DNA of 32,000 bases from Acidothermus cellulolyticus 11B (GCF_000015025.1 NC_008578.1:540001-572000), one strand, 5' to 3'. Shown: positions 1-10,125, counted from the first letter of the stretch. Numbers and translations are program-made. The notes: generated by a model not told the origin, from the sequence alone.

Positions 1-1205
1 ACGTCGGTATCACCGGCGGTGAAGAGGTTCGCCAAATATTCCATCGGAATACGCAGCGCATCAATGGCGGCGAAGACCGCGTCGGGGTCCGCTGGATCAT
101 AGCCAGCGGCGTGCGCGACGTCCGCGACCGGTGACAGCGGCGGGATGTACCAGACCATCGGCAGGGTGCGGTATTCGGGGTGGAGCGGCAGCGCGACGCG
201 GTGCCGGACCGCCAAGGCATAGGTGGGGGATCGACGCGCACCCTCGATCCAGTCGTCGGGAATGCCCTGGCGGGCCGCCTCGGCCTGGACCTCCGGATCC
301 TCCGGGTCGAGAAAGACCCCGAGCTGTGCTTCATACAGGTTCTTTGGATCGCGGGTCGCCGCTGCCGCGAGGACGCGGTCGGCATCGTAGAGGATGAGAC
401 CGAGGTAGCGAAGCCGACCGACACACGTCTCCGCACAGATCGTCGGCTGCCCTGCTTCAATGCGCGGAAAGCAGAGCGTACATTTCTCGGCTTTCCCAGT
501 GCGGTGGTTGAAGTACACCTTCTTGTACGGACAGCCGGAGACGCAGAACCGCCAGCCGCGGCACTTATCCTGATCGACCAGAACGATGCCATCCTCCGCA
601 CGCTTGTACATCGCACCGGACGGACATGACGCCACGCAGGATGGATTGAGGCAGTGCTCACAGATTCTCGGCAGGTAGAACATGAAGACCTGCTCGAACT
701 CCATCCGAACCCGTTCCTGCAAGCCGGCGAGGTTGGGGTCGGCCAGTGCCCGCTCCGGTGCACCGGCGAGATCGTCCTCCCAGTTGGCGCCCCACTGCAC
801 GGTGACGTCTTTTCCGGTGAGCGCGGAAATCGAGTGCGCGCTCGGATTCGGAGTGCCGAGGGGCGCATCGATGATGTGGCGGTAGTTGTACGTCCACGGT
901 TCGCCGTAGTCATCGATGGTGGGGAGATCGGGGTTGTAGAAGATGCTGAGCAATCGGCGGAGCCGGCTGCCGGACTTCAGTTGAAGCCGGCCTTTCCGGT
1001 CCAGCGTCCAGCCGCCGTGCCATTGCTCCTGGTCCTCGTACCGCTTGGGGTAGCCGATTCCCGGCTTCGTCTCGACATTGTTGAAGTACACGTACTCGGT
1101 GCCGACCCGGTTCGTCCACACCTGCTTGCAGGTCACCGTGCAGGTGTGACACCCGATGCACTTGTCGAGGTTCATCACCATGGCCATCTGCGCCATGACT
1201 CTCAT
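1..1205 (-). CDS. narH: respiratory nitrate reductase beta subunit (NarH), N-terminal ~400 codons; 3' end lies beyond window start
   Basis: Absent from the ORF track because no stop lies in the window. My own minus-strand translation from the ATG at 1205..1203 gives MRVMAQMAMVMNLDKCIGCHTCTVTCKQVWTNR...CEHCLNPSCVASCPSGAMYKR...CRGWRFCVSGCPYKKVYFN...CTLCFPRIEAGQPTICAETCVGR. These are the Fe-S Cys clusters typical of NarH. The start overlaps the narG stop as ATGA (1202..1205), which suggests translational coupling. Confidence 0.9.
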   Translation of the reverse strand, partial: MRVMAQMAMVMNLDKCIGCHTCTVTCKQVWTNRVGTEYVYFNNVETKPGIGYPKRYEDQEQWHGGWTLDRKGRLQLKSGSRLRRLLSIFYNPDLPTIDDYGEPWTYNYRHIIDAPLGTPNPSAHSISALTGKDVTVQWGANWEDDLAGAPERALADPNLAGLQERVRMEFEQVFMFYLPRICEHCLNPSCVASCPSGAMYKRAEDGIVLVDQDKCRGWRFCVSGCPYKKVYFNHRTGKAEKCTLCFPRIEAGQPTICAETCVGRLRYLGLILYDADRVLAAAATRDPKNLYEAQLGVFLDPEDPEVQAEAARQGIPDDWIEGARRSPTYALAVRHRVALPLHPEYRTLPMVWYIPPLSPVADVAHAAGYDPADPDAVFAAIDALRIPMEYLANLFTAGDTD

Positions 1206-3088
1206 TGGTACGCCACCTCCTGGGACCGCCGCCGGATCACCGTGATTTCGTCACGTTGATTGCCGGTTGGGCCGTAGTAGTTGAAGGCGTAGCTCAGCTG
1301 AGCGTAGCCTCCGATGAGGTGCGTGGGCTTGATGACGACGCGGGTCAAGGAATTGTCCGAGCCCCCATGCCAACCGGAGATCTCGGATTTCGGGGTCATG
1401 AGGTGCCGGTCCTTGGCGTGGTACATGAAGACCGTTCCCTCCGGCATCCGATGGGTGACCACGGCCCGGGCGACGACGACGCCGTTGCGGTTGTACGCCT
1501 CGATCCAGTCGTTGTCGGAGACGCCGATTTTGGCGGCGTCGCGGGGACTCATCCAAATCACCGGGCCGCCGCGGAAAAGGCGGAGCATGTGGAGATTGTC
1601 CTGGTATTCCGAGTGGATCGACCACTTCGAGTGCGGTGTCAGGTAGCGCACCGTGATTTCCGGTGTTCCGTCCCCGATCTGCTGGTCGCCGAAGAAGCGG
1701 GGATAGTCCAGCGGCGGCCGGTACGCCGGCAACGCCTCGCCGTACGCCTGAATCCAGTCGTGGTCGAGAAAGAAGTGCATGCGGCCGGTCAGGGTGTGCC
1801 ACGGCTTCTTTCGTTCGACATTGACGACGAACGGTGAATAGCGGCGTCCGCCGGTCTCCGCCCCGGACCACTCCGGCGAGGTGATGACCGCACGCGGCTG
1901 CACCTGCGTATCCGCGAACCGGATCTGCTCCTCGGCCCGTTCCGCGGCCAGATCCCGTAACGGCATACCGGTCCGCTCTTCGAGTGCCTGCCAGGCCTGG
2001 AGTGCGATGTGACCGTTCGTCGTTCCGGACAGCGCGAGAATCGCTTCGGCGAGGTGGACGTCGCGGGCCAACGACGGGCGGCCGTCCGCGACGCCGCCGC
2101 GGATCACGCCGTTCGCCGCCTGCAGGTAAGCCACCGCCTGCCGCGGCGTCCAGGTGATTCCCTTCGCTGACGTTCCGAGCGAGTCGACGAGCGGACCGAG
2201 CGCCCGCATCTTCTCGGCAATTGCGCCATAGTCACGCTCGACGGTCACAATTTTCGGCATCGTCCGGCCGGGGACGGGCTCACACTCGCCGCGCCGCCAA
2301 TCCCGGACGACGCCGCCCGGGGTGGCCAACTCGTCGGGTGTGTCGTGGCCGAGCGGCGCCGCGATGACATCCGTCCGGCGGCCGAGTCGTCCGCCGGCGA
2401 GCCGGCTGAAAACCTCTGCGAGCCGGTGAAATATCTCGAAGTCGGTCTTCGCCTCCCACGGTGGTGGGATCGCCGGATTGAACGAATGGACGAACGGATG
2501 CATGTCCGTGGTGGAAATGTCGTGCTTTTCGTACCAGGTGGCGGCTGGGAGGACGATGTCGGCGTAGGTGCAGGTGCTCGTCATCCGGAAATCGATGGCG
2601 GTGAGGAGGTCGAGTTTCCCCCGGGGCGCGGGATCGCGCCACGTCACGTCGGCCGGCCGCAACGGTGGCGCCGTCTCCTCGGCCCGGACGGCGTCGTCCG
2701 TACCGAGCAGATGGCGCATGAAGTACTCCATGCCCTTTCCCGAGGAGCCAAGGAGGTTTGCGCGCCAGACCGTGAGGATGCGAGGGAAATTCACCGGGTC
2801 GTCAGGATCTTCGCAGGCGAAGCGGAGCCGGCCGGAACACAATTCCTGCACGACGTAGTCGGAGACCGGGACGCCGGCCCGGGCCGCTTCGTCTGCGAGG
2901 TCGAGGCTGTTGCGGTTGAAGGTGGGGAAGGACGGCGTCCAGCCCAGCCGTGCTGCCCGGGCCAGGCAGTCGACGAAGGATGCGCCGCGGAACGTGTCAC
3001 CGCCCAGCGGGCTGGCGAATTCATCGGCACGGAATGCTTCGTATCGCCATTGATCCGTGTTGAGGTAAAAGAACGACGTACCGGCCAT
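1202..3088 (-). CDS. narG: narG C-terminal fragment ORF (628 aa as tracked; the tracked ATG is probably internal to the ancestral gene)
   Basis: The protein carries NarG C-terminal blocks (WRANLLGSSGKG, LDLLTAIDFRMTSTCTYADIVLPAATWYEKHD, TPHSKWSIHSEYQDN, PTHLIGGYAQLSYAFNYYGPTGNQRDE). Confidence 0.8.
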   Translation of the reverse strand: MAGTSFFYLNTDQWRYEAFRADEFASPLGGDTFRGASFVDCLARAARLGWTPSFPTFNRNSLDLADEAARAGVPVSDYVVQELCSGRLRFACEDPDDPVNFPRILTVWRANLLGSSGKGMEYFMRHLLGTDDAVRAEETAPPLRPADVTWRDPAPRGKLDLLTAIDFRMTSTCTYADIVLPAATWYEKHDISTTDMHPFVHSFNPAIPPPWEAKTDFEIFHRLAEVFSRLAGGRLGRRTDVIAAPLGHDTPDELATPGGVVRDWRRGECEPVPGRTMPKIVTVERDYGAIAEKMRALGPLVDSLGTSAKGITWTPRQAVAYLQAANGVIRGGVADGRPSLARDVHLAEAILALSGTTNGHIALQAWQALEERTGMPLRDLAAERAEEQIRFADTQVQPRAVITSPEWSGAETGGRRYSPFVVNVERKKPWHTLTGRMHFFLDHDWIQAYGEALPAYRPPLDYPRFFGDQQIGDGTPEITVRYLTPHSKWSIHSEYQDNLHMLRLFRGGPVIWMSPRDAAKIGVSDNDWIEAYNRNGVVVARAVVTHRMPEGTVFMYHAKDRHLMTPKSEISGWHGGSDNSLTRVVIKPTHLIGGYAQLSYAFNYYGPTGNQRDEITVIRRRSQEVAYQ

Positions 3089-3130
3089 CTGCCGGGCCGG
3101 CCGGTTCCAGTCGAGTGCGAACGCCAGTGT

Positions 3131-4933
3131 CTACCACCCGGTGAGCGGGCGGACTTTCTCCTGGCCGACGTAATGCGCCCACCCCCCTCCGTTGACGCCC
3201 TGGCACCCGCAGAGCATCGTCAAGGTGAGGAAGGTCCGATAGATCTGGTCCGAGTGGTACCAATGGTTGGTCCCGGCGCCCATGCAAATCATTGAGCGGC
3301 CGCGGGATAGTTCGGCGTTCCGGGCGAATTCGCGGGCGACGCGCACCGCCGCGGCCGCAGGCACTCCGGTGATGCGCTCCTGCCAGGCCGGTGTGTACGG
3401 CTGGTCGTCGTCGTAGCCGGCAGGCCACTCGCCGGGCAATCCGTCCCGGTGCACGGCGTACTGCGCCAAGAGCAGGTCGAACACGGTGGTGACGAGGTGG
3501 CCGCCGACGCGGCGCGCCGGTACCCCGCGACGGATGACTCCGCCGCCTTCCGTGGGACCAACGTCAAAACGCGGCAAGGCGACGCGCACGGTCGTCTCAT
3601 GCGAGCCGTAAAGGGTGAGCAGCGGATCGATGTTGCCGAGGTCGAGATTCCATCGTCCGCGACCGGATTCCGTCCACCGGAAGCCAAGGGAGCCGTTGGG
3701 GATTCGGGGATTGCCCTCGCGGTCGACAACGACGGTTTTGAATGCCGCCGCCTCGGAGGCGTCGCCGAGGTCGGAGGCGGTGAGAAATTTGCCGGGGAGA
3801 TAGTCGTCACCGTGCGGACGGAGCGTCACCAGAAAGGGTGCGTCCGTGTAGGTCTTCACGTACTCCTCGAAGTATGGGACCCGGCGATCCCGGTAGAACT
3901 CCGACAGGATGACGTGACCCATCGCCATCGCGAGCGCACCGTCCGTCCCAGGGGCGGCAGCAAGCCAGTCATCGGCGAACTTCGTGTGGTCGGAGTAATC
4001 CGGGCTCACGACCACCACTTTCTGTCCGCGGTAACGCGCCTCGGTCATGAAATGCGCATCCGGCGTCCGGGTGATGGGCAGGTTGGTGCCCCAGATGATG
4101 AGGTATCCGGCATTCCACCAATCACCGGACTCCGGCACATCCGTCTGGTCGCCGAAGACCTGCGGCGAGGCGATCGGCATGTCCGCGTACCAGTCGTAGA
4201 AAGATAGAATTGTTCCGCCGATGAGGGAGAGAAAGCGGGTGCCCGCAGCGTACGAGACTTGGGACATCGCGGGAATCGGGGAGAATCCCACTATGCGGTC
4301 CGGGCCGTATTTCTCAATCGTGTGCACGTGGGCGGCAGCGATGATTTCTAAAACCTCAGCCCAATGCGCCCGGACGAAACCACCCTTTCCCCGGTAGCTC
4401 TTGTACCGCCGGGCGCGGGCTTCGTCCTCGACGATCGAGGCCCAGGCGTCGACCGGATCGGTGTGCCGTGCGCGGGCTTCCCGCCACAGCTCCAGCAACG
4501 GCCGCCGAATATAGGGATAGCGGACTCGCGACGGCGAATAGGTGTACCAAGAGAACGACGCCCCCCGTGGGCAGCCGCGTGGTTCGTACTCCGGAGAGTC
4601 CGGCCCGGTGGACGGGTAATCGGTTTGCTGTGTTTCCCACGTGATGATGCCGTCTTTGACGTACACCTTCCACGAGCATGACCCCGTGCAATTGACACCG
4701 TGGGTGGAGCGGACGACCTTGTCGTGGTGCCAGCGGTCGCGGTAGAAGCGCTCGGCCCGCCGGGGGTCCGCGCGGTGCAACTCGCGGAAATCCGCTGACG
4801 GCGTGCCGGGAAAGAGGGACTGCGCACTGCGCAGAAGTTTCTCCAGCGGTTCACCGTGGGGGAGGAGGGGGGCGAGGAGTTCCGAGGGTTGTCTGGATGC
4901 CTGATTCTCGCCGCTGGCCATGGCGTCTCCCAT
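3131..4933 (-). CDS. narG: narG N-terminal fragment ORF (600 aa, ends at the internal TAG)
   Basis: ORF-track protein with a NarG-type N-terminus (H-x3-C-x3-C cluster) and Mo-bisMGD domain blocks (GFSPIPAMS, IIWGTNLP, MGAGTNHWYH). It ends ...GQEKVRPLTGW then TAG. Confidence 0.8.
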   Translation of the reverse strand: MGDAMASGENQASRQPSELLAPLLPHGEPLEKLLRSAQSLFPGTPSADFRELHRADPRRAERFYRDRWHHDKVVRSTHGVNCTGSCSWKVYVKDGIITWETQQTDYPSTGPDSPEYEPRGCPRGASFSWYTYSPSRVRYPYIRRPLLELWREARARHTDPVDAWASIVEDEARARRYKSYRGKGGFVRAHWAEVLEIIAAAHVHTIEKYGPDRIVGFSPIPAMSQVSYAAGTRFLSLIGGTILSFYDWYADMPIASPQVFGDQTDVPESGDWWNAGYLIIWGTNLPITRTPDAHFMTEARYRGQKVVVVSPDYSDHTKFADDWLAAAPGTDGALAMAMGHVILSEFYRDRRVPYFEEYVKTYTDAPFLVTLRPHGDDYLPGKFLTASDLGDASEAAAFKTVVVDREGNPRIPNGSLGFRWTESGRGRWNLDLGNIDPLLTLYGSHETTVRVALPRFDVGPTEGGGVIRRGVPARRVGGHLVTTVFDLLLAQYAVHRDGLPGEWPAGYDDDQPYTPAWQERITGVPAAAAVRVAREFARNAELSRGRSMICMGAGTNHWYHSDQIYRTFLTLTMLCGCQGVNGGGWAHYVGQEKVRPLTGW

Positions 4934-5057
4934 CGGATCGTTCCGGCCGCTCGCTTCATCGTAGCGGGGGTCGGCGTGTCAGGTGCCGCGTTTAACGGTT
5001 GGCGGCCGCAGCCGTGCTGTTCCTTGTCGCCGCGCGATTATCTGTTCCTGCAAGGCG

Positions 5058-5092
5058 CGGATCGGCGATCCGGGCAGGGAATCGCCGATCCG
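5058..5092 (-). terminator. stem-loop downstream of the DUF2249 gene, between it and narG
   Basis: cggatcggcgat (5058..5069) and atcgccgatccg (5081..5092) are exact reverse complements, giving a 12-bp stem and an 11-nt loop. It lies 37 nt past the DUF2249 stop. There is no U-tract, as is common in high-GC actinobacteria. Confidence 0.4.
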
Positions 5093-5128
5093 GCCGCCTC
5101 ATGTCAGCGGTAGCGGTGGTACGCGGTG

Positions 5129-5368
5129 TCACGGGGCCGTCCGGCCGATCCGGACCCGCCAGACGTCCGGCCCCGTTTCGACGTAATCCCAGGTGAACTC
5201 GCCGGCATGCTCGGCGGAGAACTGGTAGTACAGCGGCTTCGGGTCGTGGTCATTGACCAGGAGAAAACCCTCTCCGGGCTGCAGCGCCTGGTAGGTACGG
5301 AAAATGAGCTCGTGGCGGCGGAATGGTGGTTCGTTGCGGACATCCAGCACCTGCTCGGTGTCGCTCAT
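5129..5368 (-). CDS. DUF2249 domain-containing protein (79 aa)
   Basis: MSDTEQVLDVRNEPPFRRHELIFRTYQALQPGEGFLLVNDHDPKPLYYQF...WDY matches my recollection of the small DUF2249 family seen near nitrate/NO loci. A strong RBS (gaaggagaa) lies just upstream of the ATG. Third-position GC is high. Confidence 0.75.
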   Translation of the reverse strand: MSDTEQVLDVRNEPPFRRHELIFRTYQALQPGEGFLLVNDHDPKPLYYQFSAEHAGEFTWDYVETGPDVWRVRIGRTAP

Positions 5369-5384
5369 GCGTTCTCCTTCAAGG

Positions 5385-5741
5385 TCAATCCGTGAGGGAT
5401 ATGCGGACGGTTGAGGCGGCGCCGCGACCGTTGCCGGGAGCCGGCTGCGCGGGTCGCGCGGTGACGCCGTTCAGCGCAGCGGGGACATCGTCGTCGTCCC
5501 GCGACGGCAGCTGGGCGAGGTAGTGCAGCAGCCCGACCAATCGGTGATCCGTCTCCGGACGGCGAAGTCGGAGTGCGGCCCACGCCTCGGCCGCGAGCCG
5601 GCTGGCGCGGGCGGGGTAGCCCGCCTCGCCCAGTGCACGGAGTGCCCGGATGAGGAATCTCAGCGTGGCGAGAACCTCACCGCGCTCATCCGTCTCGCTG
5701 GGTTCGCTTCTGCTCGTGGTCGAGAACTGGCTGCTTCCCAT
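5385..5741 (-). CDS. hypothetical helical protein (118 aa), co-transcribed with the DUF2249 gene
   Basis: Third-position GC is high throughout. Its stop lies 16 nt before the DUF2249 start. I recognise no family. Confidence 0.55.
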   Translation of the reverse strand: MGSSQFSTTSRSEPSETDERGEVLATLRFLIRALRALGEAGYPARASRLAAEAWAALRLRRPETDHRLVGLLHYLAQLPSRDDDDVPAALNGVTARPAQPAPGNGRGAASTVRISLTD

Positions 5742-5755
5742 CCCGTCGCCACCTC

Positions 5756-5805
5756 GTTGTTACTAGACCGTATCGTTTATATAGTGACTTATGCAAGATA
5801 TCGAG
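5756..5805. promoter_or_regulatory. sharply AT-rich divergent promoter region
   Basis: ttgttactagaccgtatcgtttatatagtgacttatgcaagatatcgagt is only about one-third G+C in a genome of about two-thirds G+C. It sits between divergent starts at 5741 (-) and 5870/5912 (+). Confidence 0.4.
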
Positions 5806-5869
5806 TGCGGGGCGGGGTGAGATCCTTCACGGTAAGGACGATTCTTCGACGCAGGGTAAGGGCCGGCCA

Positions 5870-7186
5870 GTGACCATCGGCTTGACTAACCGGGTCGAAA
5901 GACCCAGGCGGATGTCCGTCCCGCGCGGGCAATGGCTCGGTATCGCTCATCTCCCGATCGGCGCATACCTGACCGCCGGATTCGTGGCGCTCATCGGTCA
6001 CGCCTGGGGTGTCATGCCGCGGTGGCTTGCCCTCCACCTCACGGTGCTTGGTGCCATAACGAACGCAATCATCGCGTGGTCCGCGCACTTCACCGACGCC
6101 CTGCTCGTCGTCCCCCCGGACCAACGCCGGCCGCCCATCCGCCGCCTGCTCATGCTGAACACCGGCGTCGTTGCCGTTCTGGTGGGCGTGCCTGCCGGGT
6201 CGAACGGTGTCGTCATCGCCGGCGCAGTTCTGATCGCCGGTGCGATCGTCGGACATATTGCGGCAATTGCCCGACGCATCGCCGTGCGGCGGGGCCGCCG
6301 ATTCGGCTGGGTGGCCTGGAGCTATGCGGCCGCGGGCGGTGCGTTGATCGCAGGGAGTGGATGCGGTGCCGCGTTGGCGGTCGGCGTCACCGAACCGTGG
6401 CAGTCGCGTGTCTTTGCCGCGCATGTCCTGCTCAACGCGCTGGGCTGGATCGGCCTGACCGTTCTCGCCTCCCAAGGCGCAATGTGGCCGATGGTCCTGG
6501 CGACGCGGCCGCCTGCTGAAGCCGAGTACGCGACCCGGCTCACCGCCGTTGCTGCTCCCCTCGGTCTCGGTGTTGCGGCGGGCGGCGCGCTGGCGGGCTC
6601 CGCGGAGATCGTTCGCGCCGGGCTATCCGGGTACGTCGTCGCGATCGGCAGTGTGCTCTTCGCGTTCGTCCGATCCGCCGTGGGCCGTCGGCTCTCCTTC
6701 GCCGCATGGTCGATGGCGGCGGCCGACGGGTGGTTGGGGTGGGTGGCCGTTGACGCCGGCGCAGCGGGCGGCCTCACCGCGATCGGTCAGCGTCTGGACG
6801 CCGCCGTGCCGTGGCTGGTGGCTGGGTTTGTCCTTCAAGTGTTCGTCGGCGCCTCGACGTACCTGGTGCCCGTCGTGTTCGGCGGCGGGCCGTCTCGGGC
6901 GCCGCGTGTCGCCGAGCGCCTGCACCGCGGTTGGTTCGGCCGGTGGTTGCTGCTCAATGCTGCTCTCGCCGTCGCCGCCGTCTCATCGTCGCCGACGCTT
7001 CGCCGCGGCGCGTGGGTGGCCGCCTTCGGCGTCCTCGGCGTTGCGCTCGTCCTCCTCGGGACCGCAGTAATCGGCTCGATCCACCTGCGGCGCCGGGGAA
7101 CACGGGCGGGCCGCGGGCGACTGTACGGCGTACGCGAACGCGATGGTGCTCCCACCACCGATGGAGGCGGACGTGGCGTCGATTAA
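5870..7186 (+). CDS. polytopic integral membrane protein, ~10-12 predicted TM helices, family unknown
   Basis: 438-aa ORF with repeated hydrophobic spans (LPIGAYLTAGFVALIGHAW, HLTVLGAITNAIIAWSAHF, GVVIAGAVLIAGAIVGHIAAIA, ...) and high GC3. The start is uncertain: GTG at 5870 or ATG at 5912. The stop is TAA. Confidence 0.7.
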   Translation: MTIGLTNRVERPRRMSVPRGQWLGIAHLPIGAYLTAGFVALIGHAWGVMPRWLALHLTVLGAITNAIIAWSAHFTDALLVVPPDQRRPPIRRLLMLNTGVVAVLVGVPAGSNGVVIAGAVLIAGAIVGHIAAIARRIAVRRGRRFGWVAWSYAAAGGALIAGSGCGAALAVGVTEPWQSRVFAAHVLLNALGWIGLTVLASQGAMWPMVLATRPPAEAEYATRLTAVAAPLGLGVAAGGALAGSAEIVRAGLSGYVVAIGSVLFAFVRSAVGRRLSFAAWSMAAADGWLGWVAVDAGAAGGLTAIGQRLDAAVPWLVAGFVLQVFVGASTYLVPVVFGGGPSRAPRVAERLHRGWFGRWLLLNAALAVAAVSSSPTLRRGAWVAAFGVLGVALVLLGTAVIGSIHLRRRGTRAGRGRLYGVRERDGAPTTDGGGRGVD

Positions 7187-7233
7187 CCGGAGTTGTGCGC
7201 GAACCAGGATGTGCCGGAATTGCCGACGCTGCC

Positions 7234-7267
7234 GCTGGAGATGTGGAACAGCTGGAGATGTGGAACA
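7234..7267. repeat. perfect 17-bp tandem duplication gctggagatgtggaaca x2
   Basis: Read directly: 7234..7250 equals 7251..7267. It is intergenic. Confidence 0.85.
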
Positions 7268-7417
7268 ACGGCGCGTACGCGAACGATGACGCAGCCTCCC
7301 ACCGCTCGGAGAGCCGCCTACTAGGAGCCGCTGCTCGCTGCCGCGATCGCTGGCGCTGAGCAAAGCTCCGATGATGTCGGCTTAGGCTGCTTATGCCGAA
7401 TCAGCGCACCGCCGGCT

Positions 7418-7960
7418 TCAGCGACGCTTAAGCCACTGGTGCACGCTTTCGGTGAGGATGACCTCGTACGGAAGGCTTCGCAGGTCTTCCGCCGTTACAT
7501 GTAAACCCTGAGCCTGAGCGAGGCTGGCCAACCACGACCACGGGTGATCGTCCGGGCATTCGTCGTCGTCTGGGCGGACGACGTTGAGAACGTTTCGCGT
7601 GATGCTGTCCGCGGTCTCGTGGTTCCAGCTATGGATGTCGCCTGAGCCCGACTCGCCGGACGATCTCCATCCGATCGTGAATCCTCGGCTCTCGTGCAAG
7701 ATCACGCGTCGGCCATCGTCCAGCGTCACGAACTCGCTGACAACGAAGCTCTGGGAGTGCGCGTCTTTGGCACCCTCCTGCCTGAGGTCGCAGATAGCAC
7801 CAAGTCCGGTGACGCGACCACGGTTGTCGGGGCGAAGCTCGACGTGATCGTCAATGGCGTCCGGATGCGGGTGCCATCCACCCCCCGTATCACTGCTGAG
7901 CGCCTGTGATCGCCTTGCCTTTAGGCGATCACGCCACCGGCTTTGGCCTGGCTTAGGCAT
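7418..7960 (-). CDS. hypothetical protein (180 aa), lower-GC ORFan
   Basis: It is the only long ORF in 7187..8290. GC3 is moderately high in the core but clearly lower than in neighbouring genes, with rare codons such as TTA, GTA and CTA. I recognise no motif. It is flanked by 230 and 330 nt of apparently non-coding DNA. Confidence 0.55.
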   Translation of the reverse strand: MPKPGQSRWRDRLKARRSQALSSDTGGGWHPHPDAIDDHVELRPDNRGRVTGLGAICDLRQEGAKDAHSQSFVVSEFVTLDDGRRVILHESRGFTIGWRSSGESGSGDIHSWNHETADSITRNVLNVVRPDDDECPDDHPWSWLASLAQAQGLHVTAEDLRSLPYEVILTESVHQWLKRR

Positions 7961-8290
7961 TTCGCCGCCAAACTATCAAGGGCTACCCGAATGCGCTGCT
8001 GGGGCTGGACCGCTGCACCGCGCGCTGCGGTACCGGTTGGTCGCGGTGCCGCGACCAACCGCGGCGGATCCGCCGTCCGCCGCTTGACGTTTCCGCCGGG
8101 AGAGGCGTCGTCTGCATCTCCCACCTGGGTGACGCGTACCCGAGCGGCTTTCTCGCGGTACCCGCCGAATCCCTTTGCCCGCGCCGCATTGGCCCATGCC
8201 CTTTCGGCCGCGACAGCGGACGCGACAGGGTACGGACCGGGGGCCGCGCAACCAGGACCGGCGGGCCGAGACGACGCGTAAGCGGCCGGG

Positions 8291-8824
8291 TCAGGACAAC
8301 GATTGCTTCCGGCTGCGCTCGGTGTTCGGCACCGCCTCCTCCACGGCGGCGCAGAGACTCCGGAGAAACGCGCGAAGCGTCGACTCAGCGAGCCGACGCA
8401 GGACTAGCTGGTCCAGATGCCAACCCAGGGCGCCGCCCGGCGGCTGATAACGGCCGAGCAGAGTCAGTCGGGTCTGCCAGGTGCCGAAGGGCGCGATTTC
8501 TAGGTCGGCGTCAAGTTCGGGAAAGAGCGACGGGGCGCCCGACGCCCGCCAGGAGAATGCCACCAGCGCCAGGTCACCGCGGATGCGCAGCGGTTCACAG
8601 CGCAACTCGACGGTCTTCGCCAGCACCGCCGGCCAGTTCGCCGGACAGACCCGGCCGCGGAGCCGCTCTCCTTCAACCCGGGCATCCTCAAGGGCCCGCT
8701 GGAACAGCCGCCGCGCATCCTGGCCGATCCAGGCGACGACCTCCTCGTACGGTCGCTCAGCGACCTGGAAATCCTGGACGAAGACCACCCGGCGGTCTTC
8801 GGTGTCACCCGCAAGGTCAGCCAC
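8291..8824 (-). CDS. hypothetical protein (177 aa)
   Basis: High GC3 and no overlapping better ORF. It is divergent from the sensor kinase gene. I cannot call a family with confidence. Confidence 0.6.
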   Translation of the reverse strand: MADLAGDTEDRRVVFVQDFQVAERPYEEVVAWIGQDARRLFQRALEDARVEGERLRGRVCPANWPAVLAKTVELRCEPLRIRGDLALVAFSWRASGAPSLFPELDADLEIAPFGTWQTRLTLLGRYQPPGGALGWHLDQLVLRRLAESTLRAFLRSLCAAVEEAVPNTERSRKQSLS

Positions 8825-8828
8825 GTGA

Positions 8829-10100
<1,272 letters not shown>

Positions 10101-10125
10101 CCCGTTGCCGTTCTCAAATCCCGCA

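Larger units (their letters stand above)
1202..4933 (-). pseudogene. narG: respiratory nitrate reductase alpha subunit (NarG) interrupted by one in-frame TAG at 3131..3133
   Basis: ORFs 3131..4933 and 1202..3088 are in the same frame (4933-3088 is divisible by 3). The 14 codons between them read TLAFALDWNRPARQ with no further stop. The combined length is 1242 sense codons, which is NarG-sized. The N-terminus has the NarG FS0 motif HGVNCTGSCSWKVYVKDGIITWETQQTDYP. Confidence 0.75.

Noticed and set aside
3131-3133. TAG in narG as a recoded sense codon (for example pyrrolysine or genome-wide amber reassignment)
   Set aside because: TAG terminates the dosR-like, patA-like, xfp and ackA genes at family-typical C-termini in this same window. 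No pyl-type genes are visible. A nonsense mutation or sequencing error is more parsimonious.
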